DNA of 64,000 bases from Stegostoma tigrinum (Eukaryota). Shown here piece after piece: positions 22,301 through 37,300 of the stretch (positions within the stretch are counted from its first letter, which is position 1; each line of letters opens with the position of its first letter). A program made the translations under genes and the position numbers. Location: the NCBI RefSeq assembly GCF_030684315.1, contig NC_081387.1, positions 23,802,647-23,866,646 on the forward strand, given 5' to 3'. Below the pieces are notes generated by a model. It had not been told where the DNA came from, searched no databases, and saw only the letters and a program-made list of their open reading frames with translations.

Positions 22301-25300
22301 TCGATGTTGTGCCGGCCTGTCATACCAATCTGAAGCCCATCTAACCTACACTATTCCATGTACGTCCATATGCTTGTCCATACTCAATGTCAAATTATGT
22401 CCCAGTAACTGGGACTTGCTGGGAGCCATGGGTAAGATCTAATTAAATTACATTTCAAGATATTCCTGAATCTTGCTCACAATTCCTCTGAGAGGGATAG
22501 TTGGAGTCTTGTCATGGCAAATAGTTCACTTATCTGATTTGATTATGTTTCAGAGTTGGTGAGGAGTCACTGTTTGGTTGAATTAAGGACTGGAAGGATC
22601 GGTCAGTATTGTGGGAAGCAGGGTCTTGTTGGAATTCAGCTGATCCATTTGATCAGAGTGCTGTGATTAGACTGAATAGTTCATGCAATCCAGATGCGAC
22701 CTGTCACTGGAAACTTACTGAAGGGGGTTAACAGGAAACAGGTGTGTTATTTCAGTTCTGAAAATATGGATGAAGCAAGCAGCGGTTCTTGTCTATTTTT
22801 CAATGCTTCATTAGTTATTCTGTTGAAGGATCTGCAGCCAAGAAAATTTTACTTATGTGATGGTGATTTGCAATTCTTTCTAAACTAAAAGTAAATGGTA
22901 TCAGAGATAATGGGAACTGCAGATGCTGGAGAATCCAAGATAACAAAGTGTGGAGCTGGATGAACACAGCAGGCCAAGCAGCATCTTGCTAAGATGCTGC
23001 TTGGCCTGCTGTGTTCATCCAGCTCCACACTTTGTTATCCCAAAAAGGAAATGGGTTTTAGTTTCCAATTCTATGAAGGTGACATTTTCTTAAGCATCTT
23101 AAACTCATTTCCTTTAGCAGTAAGTGAAAGTGGCATTTCTGATAAATCATGTGACTAAATGGTTATCAAAGTTACCTGGTAATTGCTAAAACATTCAATA
23201 ATTTGAGTTTTTCTGGACCAGAGAAAGAGAGGTAGAAGCAGGTTCGGTTCTGAGGATCCATTCAAAGTACCTGGAAATAACTCAGAACTTTTCTCTTTGA
23301 TTATTATTGGAAATATATAGATGTGCTAATCAATGGAAAAATGGAGAGATTAATTAATAGAAATATCAACATGCAAATGATGAAGAATGGTGAACATTCA
23401 GAGATGGGGGTGCAGGGAGGGAGATTATAAGGCAGCAGCTATCACTCTGATAGCTCATGACATCAAAGGAAGTGACATCAGGTCACATGACACAGTATAA
23501 GGAATAGCTAACGGAGTCTATACAGATTTCTGTCAGGCCTTTGATAAGGTTCTACATGGTAGGCTGCTTTGGAAGGTTTGATCACATGGAATCCAGGGTG
23601 AGCTGGCAAATTGGATACACAATTGGCTTGATGGTAGGAAGTAGATAGTGGAAGGATGGAGGCTTGTGACTACTGGTGTTCCTTGGGGATCGGTGCTGGG
23701 CCCATCGCTGTTTGTTATCTATATCAATGATTTGAATGAGAATGTACAAGGCATGATTAGCAAGTTTGCAGGTGGCACTAAAATAGGTAGTATTGTGGAC
23801 AGTGAGGAAAGTTATCAGAAATTGCAGCAGGATCTTGATCAGCTGGGGAAGTGGGCTAAGAAACGGCAAATGGGGTTTAATATAGATAAGTGTGAGGTGT
23901 TGCACTCTGAAAAGTCAAATCAGGGTAGGAGTTTCATGGTGAACAGTAGGGCCTTAAGGAGTGTAGTGGAACAGATGGACCTTGGCGTTCAGGTTTATAG
24001 TTCTCTGAAAGTGGAGTCACAGGTAGACAGGACAGTGAAGAAGGCTATTGGTACACTGGACTTCATCAGTCAGGACAATGAGTATAGAAGTTGGGAAGTT
24101 ATGTTGCAGTTGTACAGGACAATAGAGAGGCCACATTTGGAATCTGTGGTCAGCTTTGGTCACCTTGCTGTAGGATGGCTGTTATTCAACTGCAGGAGGA
24201 ATTTACAAGGATGTTGCCAGGACTCGAGGGACTGAGTTATAGGGAGAGGTTGGACAAGCTAGGATCTTTTTCTTTGGAGGATAGGAGACTGAGGGGGGGG
24301 GATCTTATAGAAAAGATTAAGATCATAAAAGGCATAGATATGGTGAATGCACTCAGTCTTTTGCAGAGGGTTGGGGAATCGAGGACTAGAGGGCATCAGT
24401 TTAAGGTGAGAGAGGAAAGAATACATGGGAACCTGAGGGCCAACTTTTTTTTACACAGAGGGTGGTATGCATATGGAATGAGCTGCCAGCAGAAGTGGTT
24501 GAGGTGCGTACATTAATAACATTTAAAAGGTATTTGGACAAATACGTGGATAGGAAAGGTTTAGAAGGATATGGACCAAGGGCAGGCAGATGGGTTTCGC
24601 GTGAAAAAAATATTTTTGTTGGCCTGGACCAATTTGGGCCGAAGAGCCTGTCTCCATGCTGTAGGACTCTATGGTACTACAGAACGATTACAATACGTGC
24701 ACACCCTCAGTCAATAACCTCTTAGTGTATGTACTTTATTTATTGGTAGCTGCCACAGTTCTGTCTGTTTGAGATTCCCCTCTGCTGTCATTGAAATATC
24801 AACACCAATGTTCATTGTATTTTAGCTGTGGTCTGACTACTACCTTGTATAGGTTGAGCAAACCAATCTACTTTTATACCTTGTTTCCTTTTAAATAAAA
24901 GCCAACATTCCACTTGCCTCCCCTATTATTGGCTAAACTTAGGTGCTAGCTTTGTGTGATTGATGGATGAGGATTCCCAAATTCCTCTGTTCCATAGCTT
25001 TCTGCAGTGTTTCCACATTTAAATGATATTCGCTCCTTTATTCTTTTTGTAAAAGTGTCGAACCTCATATTTCCCACATTCCATCTGCCAAGACTTTGAT
25101 CATTTGCTTAACCTGTCTGTGTTTATTTACAGATTCTTTGTTTCATTTCCACGTTTCTCCCCACCTTTGTTTGTGTCATCCACAAACTATGTGGTTGGAT
25201 ATTCACTTGCATCATCAAAGTCATTAAAACTGCACGGTGGCTCACTGGTTAGCACTACAGCCTCACAACACCAGGGGCCCAGGTTCAATTCCAGCCTCGG

Positions 25301-28300
25301 GTAACTGTCTGCGTGGAGTTTGCACATTCTCCCCGTGTCTGCGTGGATTTCCTCCGCGTGCTCCGGTTTCCTCCCACAGTCCAAAGATGTGCAGGCTAGG
25401 TGGATTGGCCATACTAAATTGCCTGTAGTGTTCAGGGGTGTGTGGGTTACTTGGGGATGGGGATGGGTCTGGGTGGGATGCTCCAAGGGGTAGTGTGGAC
25501 TTGTTGGGCTGAAGAGCCTGTTTCCACACTGTAGGGAATATAATCTAACTTTACATTTGCCTATCATGTGCCAAAAAAACATGTGGTACTCTACTAGTTG
25601 CAGGTTGCCATCCTGAAAATGATCCCTTATCCAAACTTTCTGCCTTCCTTTAGTTAACCATTCTCCTATCCATGATAATATACTACCTGCAACACCATGG
25701 GTCCTTGTCTTATTACGTGGCCTTATGTGGAGTGCCTTTCCAAATACCTTTGGAAAAGGCCACATGTATTACATCCACTGTTTTTCCCTTCTCTGTGATA
25801 CTTGTTATCTCCTCAAAGAATTCTAGTAAATTTGTCTGCCATAACTTTTCTTTCATGAAGGCATCCTAACTTTACTTGATCATAGTACTTATTTCTAAAT
25901 CCTCTCTATTGCATTCTTTATAATAGATCCTAATATTTTGCCAGTAACAGTTGGTTATAGATAACTGGACAAGAGTTACCTGCTTTTTTGTCTCCTTCCC
26001 TTTTTAAATAAGTGTGTTACACCGGCAGATTTCCTATCCTATTGGGCCCATCTTCAATCTAGAAGATTACTACTAGTGCACCCATTATCTCTGTATCTAC
26101 TTATTTTAATGTTCTTGGATGCAGCCCATCAAATCTAGACAGGTTTTTGTTTTCTAGCCCCATTTGTTTACCTAGACTTATTTTCTTTTGACAATTATTG
26201 TAGTTATTTCCCCTCTTCCTTTTGTCTCTTGAATACTTCGTAGTTTTGAAATGCTATTTGCGTCTTCTACAGTGAAGATTGGTGCAAAACCTTTATTCAA
26301 CTCCTCGATTAATTCTTGCATTCCCCATTATTATTTCTCCAGCTTCATTCTCTCAGGATCCCATGTTCACAATGGCCTCTCTCTTACTTTGTGGACATTT
26401 ACAGAAGCTCTAACTGTCCAGCTTGATATTAATTGAAAGTTTACCCTCAAAATTTTATTATCTCTCTCTTGCTTGGTCATTTTTTGTTTGTTTTTCAAAC
26501 TTTCCCAACTTTCTGGCTTGTTACTAATCTTGCTTTATGTTTTCTTTCAATTTGAAGATGTGCTTAACTTACGTATTTAATCATGGGTGGTTTATGTCCT
26601 TCTGCTGCGAGCCACAAACTAATTTTTAAATGTCTGCCATTGTTGCTAAACTCCTTGTCCAGTCCACACCAGCCAACTCTGCCCTCATTTCTTTTTTTAA
26701 GCTTGGCAAAGATATTTCTGAATCAAATTCCTCCTTCTCTGACCATAACTTGGCAGAATTTAACATTTAATTTAGTGTTTTCTAGGGAATCTTTTTATCT
26801 TAACATACTTTTACTCCCTGTCCTTTGTTAAAATTGCCTCATTACACATCAGTAGATCCAAAATATCCTGATCTCTGGTTGTATCCTCAACATATCATTC
26901 TAGAAGAGGTAGTAAAAATTACCGATGCTGGAGTCAGGGATAACACAGAATAGAGCTGGAGGAACACAGCGGGCCAGGCAGCATCAGAGGTGCAGGAAAG
27001 CTGTTGGTTCCAATTGAGAGCCTTCTTCAGAAAACTGTCATTCTAGAAACCTGCCCTGAATATACTATGAATTCTTCCTCATAGCTTCCTCTACCAATCT
27101 GACGATAATAATTCAGGTTAAAGACACTTATAGACAGGAGTTTTAGAAACATTGTCACACCCAAAGTTCAGGCACGTAGGTGGGTGACCATGAGAAGGCC
27201 AGCAGGCAATGCAAGAGTCTTCTGTGGTTCTCCCCCACTCTAACAGGTATACTGTTTTGGACACTGTTAAGTGATCCTGTATCATGCGGTGGTGACAGAA
27301 GCACTTGCAGCAGTGGCACCATAGCTGGCTCTGTGGTACAACAGGAGGGTCAAAGTGCAGTAGAGCATGTGTCAGAGGTGACTGTATAATCAGGGGCTCA
27401 GATAGGCATTTCAGTGGCCACAAAAGAGACTGCAGGATTATGCGTTGCTTACCTGATGCCAAGATGTCTCTGAGTGGGCATGGGGCATTCTGAGAAAGGA
27501 TGGTGAACAGCCAGAAACTAATGACATAGGTAGGAAGAGTGTTGAGGGAATAAGTTGAAAAGGAGGACCTCGAGAGTGGTAATCTCAAGTTTATTCCCTG
27601 TGCCACCTCACAGTGAGGCTAGGAATGGAAGATAATATAGTTAAATACGTGGTTAAAGAGTTGGCATACTAGGTAGGTCTTCAGATACGTGGATGATTGG
27701 GATGCCTTCCAGGCCGGAATATGTGTTGTACAGGAATAGGAAAGGTGCAATCACTTTTCTGGGACTATACTACTGGCCTACCAACAGCCAATGAGAGGTG
27801 GAGGAACAGATATAGAATATAGAACATAAAACATAGAACAATACAGCGCAGAACAGGCCCTTTGGCCCTCGATGTTGCGCCGGCCAGGTTATGGAAAAAT
27901 GGGAAAACAACAGAGTTGTTGTGTTAGGTGATTTTAACTTTTCTGATTTTGACTGGGAATCACTTGGTGTGCGGGGCCATATTCAACCTGGTATTGGGGA
28001 ATGAACCTGGCCAGGTGATAAATGTTTTAGTGGGGGAGCATGTTGAGAACAGTAACCATAAGTTACTTACGGATAAGGATTAGAGAGATCCTCAGGTGAC
28101 AGCACTGAATTGGAGAAAGAATAACTGACAATATTAGGCAGGAACTGGGAAATGTAGACTGGGGACAGCTATTTGAAGGTAAATCCACATTTGGCACGTG
28201 GAGATACTTTGAACTTAGTCAAAAGACAAAAGGAGGCATAAATAACGTTTAGGAAACTAGAGATAGATGCAGCCCTCTGGTGGGGGGTCTGGGCCCGGGG

Positions 28301-31300
28301 CGTCAGCTTTTGTGCTCCTGGGATGCTGCTTGGCCTGCTGTGTTCATCCAGCCTCACATTTTGTTATCTTGGAATCTCCAGCATCTGCAGTTCCCATTAT
28401 CTCTCTTTCCCAGAGTCTTGTACTGATTACCCCATTTGAATTTGTTTTACAATAGTTCCACAACTTGAGGGTATCCAAAAGCTATCATTCTTTTTGGTTC
28501 AACTAGCCTGAAAAAGTTTGTGAATCAGCAAACAAGACCATTTGACATTTGAGATGATGGGATGTGGGGCTGGATGGGCACGGCGGGCCCAGCGGCATCT
28601 CAGGAGCACAAAGGCTGACAAAGGGTCTAGGCCCGAAACGCCGGCTTTTGTGCTCCTGGGATGCTGCTGGGCCTGCTGTGTTCATCCAGCCTCACATTTT
28701 ATTATCTTGGATTCTCCAGCATCTGCAGTTCCCATTATCATTTGACATTTTCTTTGGGTGACCAGGTTTTTGAGTATCGTGAATTGAATTTTCTTGATCT
28801 GCATCTGATATCTTTAACAATAAGTGTGAGTAAGATGGTAATTCTGAATATTGAAGAGGAGGCTTAGAATAAAGAGCAGCATTGGTGAGTCATCTTTTTA
28901 CATAACACTTTATAATAAGCTTCATTATTGAAGACAGCAAGCATTGAACAAAGAAACTACAGTGGACAGGTAGTGCTGTCATATGACTGCAATCGTAACT
29001 GGGTTTATTTCAAATATATTCTTCAAGTCTTATGTTTAATTCAGTTGATTGCATTCGGTGACTGATAATGTACATCAAGTTCAGTTTGTACCAATTATGC
29101 AATTAAAAGAGTGCTATCAACTGAAATGGTGCGCAGCTGTAAGGATGAACTATCAATTCAACTTCAAATCCAAACTGAATGAACCTGGATTTAGTCTTAT
29201 TTGTTTGTCTCCTGAATTTAACCAGCTAAACTCAATTCAGTGTTAGGATGACATATTTATCCAGTCAAAGTGAGTCAGTTTGCATTAAGTTAATTTGTAT
29301 ACAGTTGTGGCTGAATCACCAGCAGTGGAACCAAAATATCAGCGCTGCCCAAAAGCCAAATATGATTTTCACAACACTTGGAAACAATGCTGAAGTCTGG
29401 AAATATGACTTGAAACATGGTTTTCAAAGTTCACGTAGATGTGAGGCTGTTTTTATCTCTTGCTGTTGAGTTGTGGGATTGATGGGGTGGTTATGAAAAT
29501 AATAATAGCTGGTATCATAGATGGCTGATTGAAATCCATCATGTCAAACTCTAATGGAAGAGAGACTGCCAGGAATTTTCATTCTTTGATTCTGGGATAA
29601 TTAATTTCCCTTGCCGAAATTATCGAACATGAGTTGATCAGTTTACCTTTCAAACGAATGGGATTTCTTGCTGGCAGAAATATGGACCCCTGTGAGTTAT
29701 TATTGTTAAGATCAAAGAGATTTTTGATCCATGGGTCTTGATGATCTTGTCAAATGCCCAAGTGCGAGATGAGAAGTTGTAGTCATTCAGTGGACCTATT
29801 TGGAAAATGCACAAGCAGCTTTGAAACTCTTGACAAATTAACATATTGATGTTGAAAACATTTCATGTATAAAGGGAACTAAGTTATTTCTGTGGAATAC
29901 CACCTTGGTTCTGTCCCATTTTCAAGAGGACAGTTTTCCATGTACTTCTCAGCACGAACAGTTTTTCTCTGATTATCAAATATTTATATTTACATTCTTA
30001 ATTTGTTGATTAAATCGTCCAAGCTCAGTTCAGGAAATGAGAATAACAACTGCCAACTGGGTCCCTAAGGATCTCAGATATTCAGAGAAAGCTCATTGTG
30101 GCCTTCATAGCATGAATTCTTTTGGAATCGCTTTTCAGATGTACCATCATGAACTCACTGCACAACTGCTTGATGATGCATCAGGTGGAATGTGTAATCC
30201 TTTCAGCTTACACAATTCCAGATGTATGCTACTTAAAACATGTCCCAGTTACAATATTAAGGACACAAATGCAAAGTAATTCCCTTCCACTGTATTTGAC
30301 ATTTTGTCAGAGAAAAAGATTAGAACTAGGAAACTACTACTGTCTCTGGTTTGTCGGCCTCAGGAAAGCAATGCAGACACACAAAATGAGAGCAGAAACA
30401 GAATAAAATAGGCCATCCAGATCTGTTCTAACATTCAATAATTTCATGGTTGATCTGTTCGTATTTGAAAGATCATATTCCCATCCACTCCGATGACCTA
30501 TGATTCCCTTACCCAGAAAGAATCTATCTACCTCTGTTGTTATGGAGCAGACCAGAACCCCTTCAAATAGATCAAGGAGATAGCCTAGACCTTAACTTTT
30601 ATTGTGTGTAAAGGCAAGTGTATGGTGCTGTGTTCCAGATGTAATTCTATTGGTTACAGTACTCAGCTTTAAACAAAATGCACTTTATTCTTAAAATACA
30701 ACCAAAAGAAAGAAGACTTTTTGTAACTTTAACTCGATTGGAAAACTTTACAGAATTATAGATTATTTTACTGCTAAACAGTAACTGTTCCAGAATAGTA
30801 ACATCCCAAAAGCACACCATTGGCAAAGGCAAATCCAGCAAAATAGATTGTTGCACATGCGATGTTTCTCCAGTCCATGAGAAATGAACACTAAGAAAAA
30901 CTTACGGCAGAGAGAGAGAGAACTCCAGCTTTTTGCTGTAGGAACAAAAAATGAAATTACTTGCACAAACAAGTTCAAGACTCCAATTATTGCAGCTCTA
31001 TAAAACTTTGGTTAGACCGCACTTGGAATATTGCGTCCAGTTCTGGTCGCCCTATTATAGGAAAGATGTGGATGCTTTGGAGAGGGTTCAGAGGAGGTTT
31101 ACCAGGATGCTGCCTGGACTGGAGGGCTTATCTTATGAAGAGAGGTTGACTGAGTTCGGTCTCTTTTCATTGGAGAAAAGGAGGAGGAGAGGGGACCTAA
31201 TTGAGGTATACAAGATAATGAGAGGCATAGATAGAGTTGATAGCCAGAGACTATTTCCCAGGGCAGAAATGGCTAGCACGAGGGGTCATAGTTTTAAGCT

Positions 31301-34300
31301 GGTTGGAGGAAAGTATAGAGGGGATGTCAGAGGCGGGTTCTTTACACAGAGAGTTGTGAGAGCATGGAATGCGTTGCCAGCAGCAGTTGTGGAAGCAAGG
31401 TCATTGGGGTCATTTAAGAGACTGCTGGACATGTATATGGTCACAGAAATTTGAGGGTGCATACATGAGGATCAATGGTCGGCACAACATTGTGGGCTGA
31501 AGGGCCTGTTCTGTGCTGTACTGTTCTATGTTCTATGTTCTATGTTCTAATACAAAGAAAGCAGGAAAGAAATTAAACAAGGAGTTAGAAAGCAAACAGG
31601 AGCCATGAAATAACCTTGGTAAACAGGATTAATGAAAATCCAAAAGCTTTCAACATATATATGGAGCATAAGGGTAGTTAGGGGAAGGGTAGGTTCACTC
31701 AAGGGCAGAGGACAGAATTCATGTGTGGACCTAGAGGAAGTGGGTGAGGTCCTTAATAAATACTTTGTGTTTGGAATGGTGAAGAAATGGCAATTGGTGA
31801 GACTGAAGACAGATATGTTGATAGTTTCGGGCATGTCAATATAAAAAAGATGTCAAGTGTTTTGAAAAACATTAAGATAGACGTGTCCAGTACCTGATGG
31901 GATCTACCCCAGAATAGTGAGGGAGGTAAGGGAGGAAATTGCTGGGGCCTTGTATAAAATCTTTGCATCCTCCTTAGGCAGAGGAAAGGTCCCAGAGGAC
32001 TGGAGAATAACCAATGTTGTTACTTTGTTTAAGAAGGGCAACAGAGATAATCCAGAAATTACCGACAAATTTTCATTTGAACATCAGAGACTGTAGGGCA
32101 ACCTATTGAAGTTTACAAAATTATGACAGGCATGGATAGAATGGATAGTCGGAGTTTTTTTCTGAGGGTAGAAATGTCACTTTGAGATGACATTTGTCTA
32201 AGGTAAAAGGGAGAAAGTTTAAAGGAGATGGGAGAGGCAAGATCTTTACACAGAGGGTGGTAAGTATCTGGAACATGCTGCGAGAGAAGGTGGCAGATTT
32301 GCATGCGAAAGCAACATTTAGAAGGAATCTTGCCGGATACATGAGTTGGCAGGACATGAATAGGCCAGGAACACAGGAATATGGACCACGGAGAGACAAA
32401 GGTTTTTGGTTAAGACAAGTGTCATGTGTCAGAATAGGAATAGTCAACTGAAGGACATGTGACTGCGGCACACTGTTCTTAAGATCCATTCTAGCATATG
32501 TGCCATTTTCTGCCTCAAAGTAACTGGAAAAGAGGTTTTCTCAGGGTGGAATGTTTTAGAGCCCTGTGTAACAGCACATTCCCTAGGTGAGAGACTGGTG
32601 TAGTATTGTGCCCTACAGCAAGATGGCCATTGCCTGGACTGATCCCGACTGACAGACTGTGGTGAGAAATCTTAGAGAATTATGTAAGAAGTGCAGTGAA
32701 GACTTTCTCAATGTTAGGAGCAACTTGTAACATTTTCAAATAGGTGTCCACCATCAAGATGAGATTCTGTCTATTGACGAGCTGAACCTCTCAGTGCTCC
32801 CTCACTTCACACCGACATGGAGACTCACAGCATCCTTGCCCTGTCTTGCCTTTCAGCACATTGGACCATCATCCAGACTGTTAAAATCTCACAGTGCTGT
32901 TGCATTGATTTACTGTTTAGTGCAAACACAGCCAGGCTGTGTGTCGTGTCTGTCATTTGGGATCCGTCCAGGTGATGGACATCTTGCTGTAGGGCACAAT
33001 GCTTCACCAGTCTCTCATCAACAGAATGTGCCAGCTGCCTGCAGGGCAAACACACTGCATCATTTTTCACCCAATGGCCATGTCTTGGTGGGGGGAGAGT
33101 GGGGGGTGGTAGTCCTCCATTGAGATGTGGGCTGGGGGAACGGATCTGACCTCAGTCAGTGGACCCCAGTGTCCAGTCAGTTCAGGGATGGGTCAACACA
33201 TGGTCCAAGGGCCGGGCCACAGTCAGACATCTGCTTGATGTGGTGATGGTCAGGAGCTCTCTCTGAGTACAGCCCAGGGAGTGAGCCACGGTCAGTCCTG
33301 TACGGCCATTGTAAGCAGTGAGGGATCTCGCATAGCATCAATCATAGAGTTGTAGAGTCATATAGCACAACTTGTCCATGCCTACAAAGTTTCCAAACAA
33401 AAATGATCCCATTTGCTTATGTTTGGTCCATATCTCTCTATACTTTTCCTTTTTATGTGCCTGTCCAAATATCTTTTAAATGTTGTAACTATATCTGTAT
33501 CTCCCACTTCCTCTGGCATTTCATTCCACATACAAATCATGCTCTGTGTGAAAAAATTACACCTCAGGTCCCTTTAATATCCTTCTCCTCTCACCTTAAA
33601 AATATGCTCCTTAGCTTTGAACACCACTACCCTAGGAAAAAGGCCTTATCCATACCCTTCATAAACCTCTACAAGGTCACCCACCAGCCTCCTACACTCC
33701 TGAGAAAATAGTCCTAGCCTATTCAGCCTCCCCATATAACCCAAACCCCCCCAGTCCTGGAAACATCCTTGCAAATATTTTCTGAGCCTTCTCTAATTTA
33801 AAAGCATCCTTCCTATAGCAGAGCAATCACTACTGTACACAGTACTCCAAAAGAGGCCTCACCAAAGTCCTATACAACCTTGACATGATGTCCCAGCTCC
33901 TATACTCAATGTACCCTGCACTGAGTATATTACGATATATGTTACTGTGTGTAATGATGGCTTTCATGGTCGATGCTGTGCCGGGATGGGAAGGGTTCAG
34001 AGCACATGGTGCCCTACTAATAGACTGCAATGTGTTTGTACTGAGAACCTTGACCAAGAAGGCACTGATCCCAAAGAGACTCCACAACTCCACATGGAGC
34101 CCCCAGTGTCGGAAACTTCATGTCTCATTGTTTGGGGGAATGTGTGCAGTTGGTGTCTGCAGAGTACAGCAGCACTGACTATGTTCCAAACGAGGAACCT
34201 GTTCTGTTCCTTACAATCCCAACGCGGGTCATTCCCAGTGAGAGGGACGGATCTAGACACAGATGGGATGCTGCTCATAGTCGGTGTCTTTCTAAGAAGG

Positions 34301-37300
34301 TGAAGGCAGATTGAGGAGGAGTGGAAACAGCAGCGTTCCCAGGATCAGCGGTGATCCCAGGATCAGCAGCAATCCCAGGAACAACAGCAATCCTGGGAAC
34401 AACAGTGTTCCCAGGAACAGTAACAGCTGCCACAGAGGGCAATGAGACTCCAGCTCAGAAAGAGGTTACACCTGTAGGGTCCTGCACTATTAGGGCCCAA
34501 GTCTTTCACCCTCGGTTCCATTTCCTCAGGATGGGCAAGGCGCAGTGTCAATACAGACTCTGTCTGTCCTGGACCTGTGACACTGAATTGTCCCAGCTGC
34601 TGGATCAGGCTCTGAGAGCTGAAGAAGTGGGGGCCAATCCTCTGTCGGTGCCTGGAAATGGGACAGCTGTGTGGGACTGCGATGTGACTGGCTTCTCCCA
34701 GGGACCCACTGGGGATCTGTGTGGGATCTCTCGGTCATCCACCCACAAATAGATCAAGCCAGTTATTGATGCCAACTGTACAAGAACTCAGCATTTCCTC
34801 TCATTTCCCCACATTGAGGCCAGTCCTGCAGCCCACGCAGTAGGATTCAGGAATAGCACTATCTTCCCCCAGGTACAGGGCACCATCAGCTGCACCCATG
34901 TCCCATTGAGAGGGAAATAGGACAACGCAGTGGAGTTCATCAGTAGGAAGGGTTTCCATTCCATTAATATGCAGGTTGTCTGGAATCACCAGTTCCACTT
35001 CTTAATGGTGTCCCTGGTATGTGAGAGCTGCCATGGCTTCTACACCTTGGGGCAGTCTCATGTCTCTGCTGTGTCGGAGGGTCCAGGTGCCTGACAACGT
35101 TACTTGGAGGCAAGGGCTACCCACTGTGATCCTGGCAGGTGGCACCATTGCTCAACCCCTAGACTGATGGCGACAGTGATATAACGCTGCCTCATGCTTT
35201 GACCAGGGCCATGGTGGAGAAGACAAGAGACCTTCTGAAGATGTAGTTCCACTGTTTGGACCAATCTAGCGCAGTGGGGCCTGCAATATACACTTGATAA
35301 TGTATCACATCATCCTAACATACTATGCTCTGCACAAATGGAGTAGGCAGGGTGGAGATGTGCTGGATGCTGAGGGCATGTAAATACAGGAGCAGTCATC
35401 CAAGGAGAAAGATGAGGACATCATGAGTATCAGAGTTCAGCAACATTGGGCTACAAACCACACAGAACTTGACTGACAACCAGTTCCAGGAGATAAGAGC
35501 TGAATGTAACAGACAATCCTGGATTGTAATAAAGTCATTGATCATTATATAAGAATTTCGTTTTAATGGTGGTGGCAAACAGCCTGTAGCCTCTGGAGTT
35601 ACATTGATTCAGAAGAGATTTCATTGAATCTTAGAAGGTCATGAAAGAATGTGACCAGTTGGATTCCTCTCATGAAGGAATCTAAAACTTGGGCTCACAG
35701 TTTGAAAATAAGGCATCACCCCATATAAGACAGACACAAGGAAACATCTTTTTCTCTCCAAGATTTGAGTGCCTTTGGAATTCCCTTCCACAAAAGGTGG
35801 TGCATGCATTGTCTTTAAATATCTTTAAGGCAGAGATAGACAGATTTTTGATCACCAAGGGGTTGAATGATTATCAGGAATTGGCAGGAATGTAGAGAGA
35901 TGGTAAAATCAGATCAGCATGATCTATTGAAAGGCGGAGCAGGCATGAAAGGGTCAGTTGCATACTATTGTTTCTTATTCATATGTTTGTATGTCTAAAG
36001 TGGCCAAAAGATGTTTTGATGTTCGTGTAACCGCGTGTTCTCATCGGTACAGCCATAGTTCTGTACAACTCGTTTGTCAGAACATCTCTGGTGTATGACT
36101 CTGCCAAAGTGACAATACTTTAGAGATTGTTGCTGAAGTTTATCAATTAAAATGTAGGAAGAAAACTGATCAAATATTTGTAAAATTTACAACAGAATTG
36201 GGCCAAATGGTCTTTCTCTGGGCTACGAACCTCTATGTCTCTGTAAGAAAAAAAAATGTAATGAGATCAGTGGTCTTGTTCACTGAAGCCAATTTCTTTT
36301 TATAAAAATGAGAAAATGAGGAAAATCATAATTATGGATAAATTCTGGCATAGTGTTCTGGTGAACTACTTAGATGTGTGCCAAATATCAAAAATACAAG
36401 AAGTGAATGTTCTGGCCTTTACCTATGATATTGATTTTCAGACTGGAGGGCTGTGAGCAGTGGGTTGCCATAAGGATCAGTGCTGGGTCCACTGCTTTTT
36501 GTTATTTATATAAATGATATGGATATGATCACAGGAGGTATGGTTCATACATTTTCAGATGACACCAAAATCGGAGGAGTAGTGGACAGTGCATCTGGTT
36601 ATCTCAGAGTACAACAGGAGCTTGACCAGAATGGCCAATGGGCTGAGGAGTGGCGGATGGAATTTAATTTAGATAAATGTGAGGTGCTGCATTTTGGAAA
36701 GGCAAATCAGTGCAGCACTTATACACTTAATGGTAAGGTGTGTTGCTCAACAAAGAGACGTTTGAGTGCAGGTTCATAGTTCCTAGAAAGTGGAGTCACA
36801 GGTAGACAGGATAGCGAAGACAGTGTTTGGTACGCTTGCCTTTATTGGTCATTGCATTGAGTAATAGCAGTTGGGAGGTCATGTTGTGGTTGTACAGAAC
36901 ATTGATTAGGCCACTTTTGGAATACTGCATGCGCAACAATTAATTTACAAAAATTGACTTGCTGTAAGGATATCGGCAAGATCTACCGAATGAGAAATAT
37001 CAGCATTTGTTACATCAGGTGCACCTTTTTGGAAGTTCATTCTGCACTGTATTAGATGCTTTCACAAGCTTGTTAAAGAAAGACAAAAACTTTGAATAGA
37101 GAAAAGAACACCAGGGTCTCTTTGGAAACTTGGAATCTGTGCTACCACACTGGTAATGCTAAGTTATGATAAGCCATTTTAACTGCCAGTGATGCCGGTG
37201 ATATTAGTCTTAATGCAGTGTTATTACAAGGGAATGATATGGGGATTGGATGGCCAGTCATTTATTTTTGATGCAAACACCCTGGTGTTCTTTTCTCTAT

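Noticed and set aside
23175-23272. Additional BTN exon candidates here and near 37778-37805
   Set aside because: Wrong phase or an in-frame stop when joined to the flanking exons.
25232-25310. tRNA genes (also near 19540-19612, 47068, 47420)
   Set aside because: The A/B boxes are SINE heads followed by SINE bodies and LINE-derived tails.
28750-30400. Gypsy integrase relic (TIITHRGPYF, minus), and gag-like relics near 59930-60680 and 62180-62700
   Set aside because: Only single weak motifs; boundaries cannot be defined.
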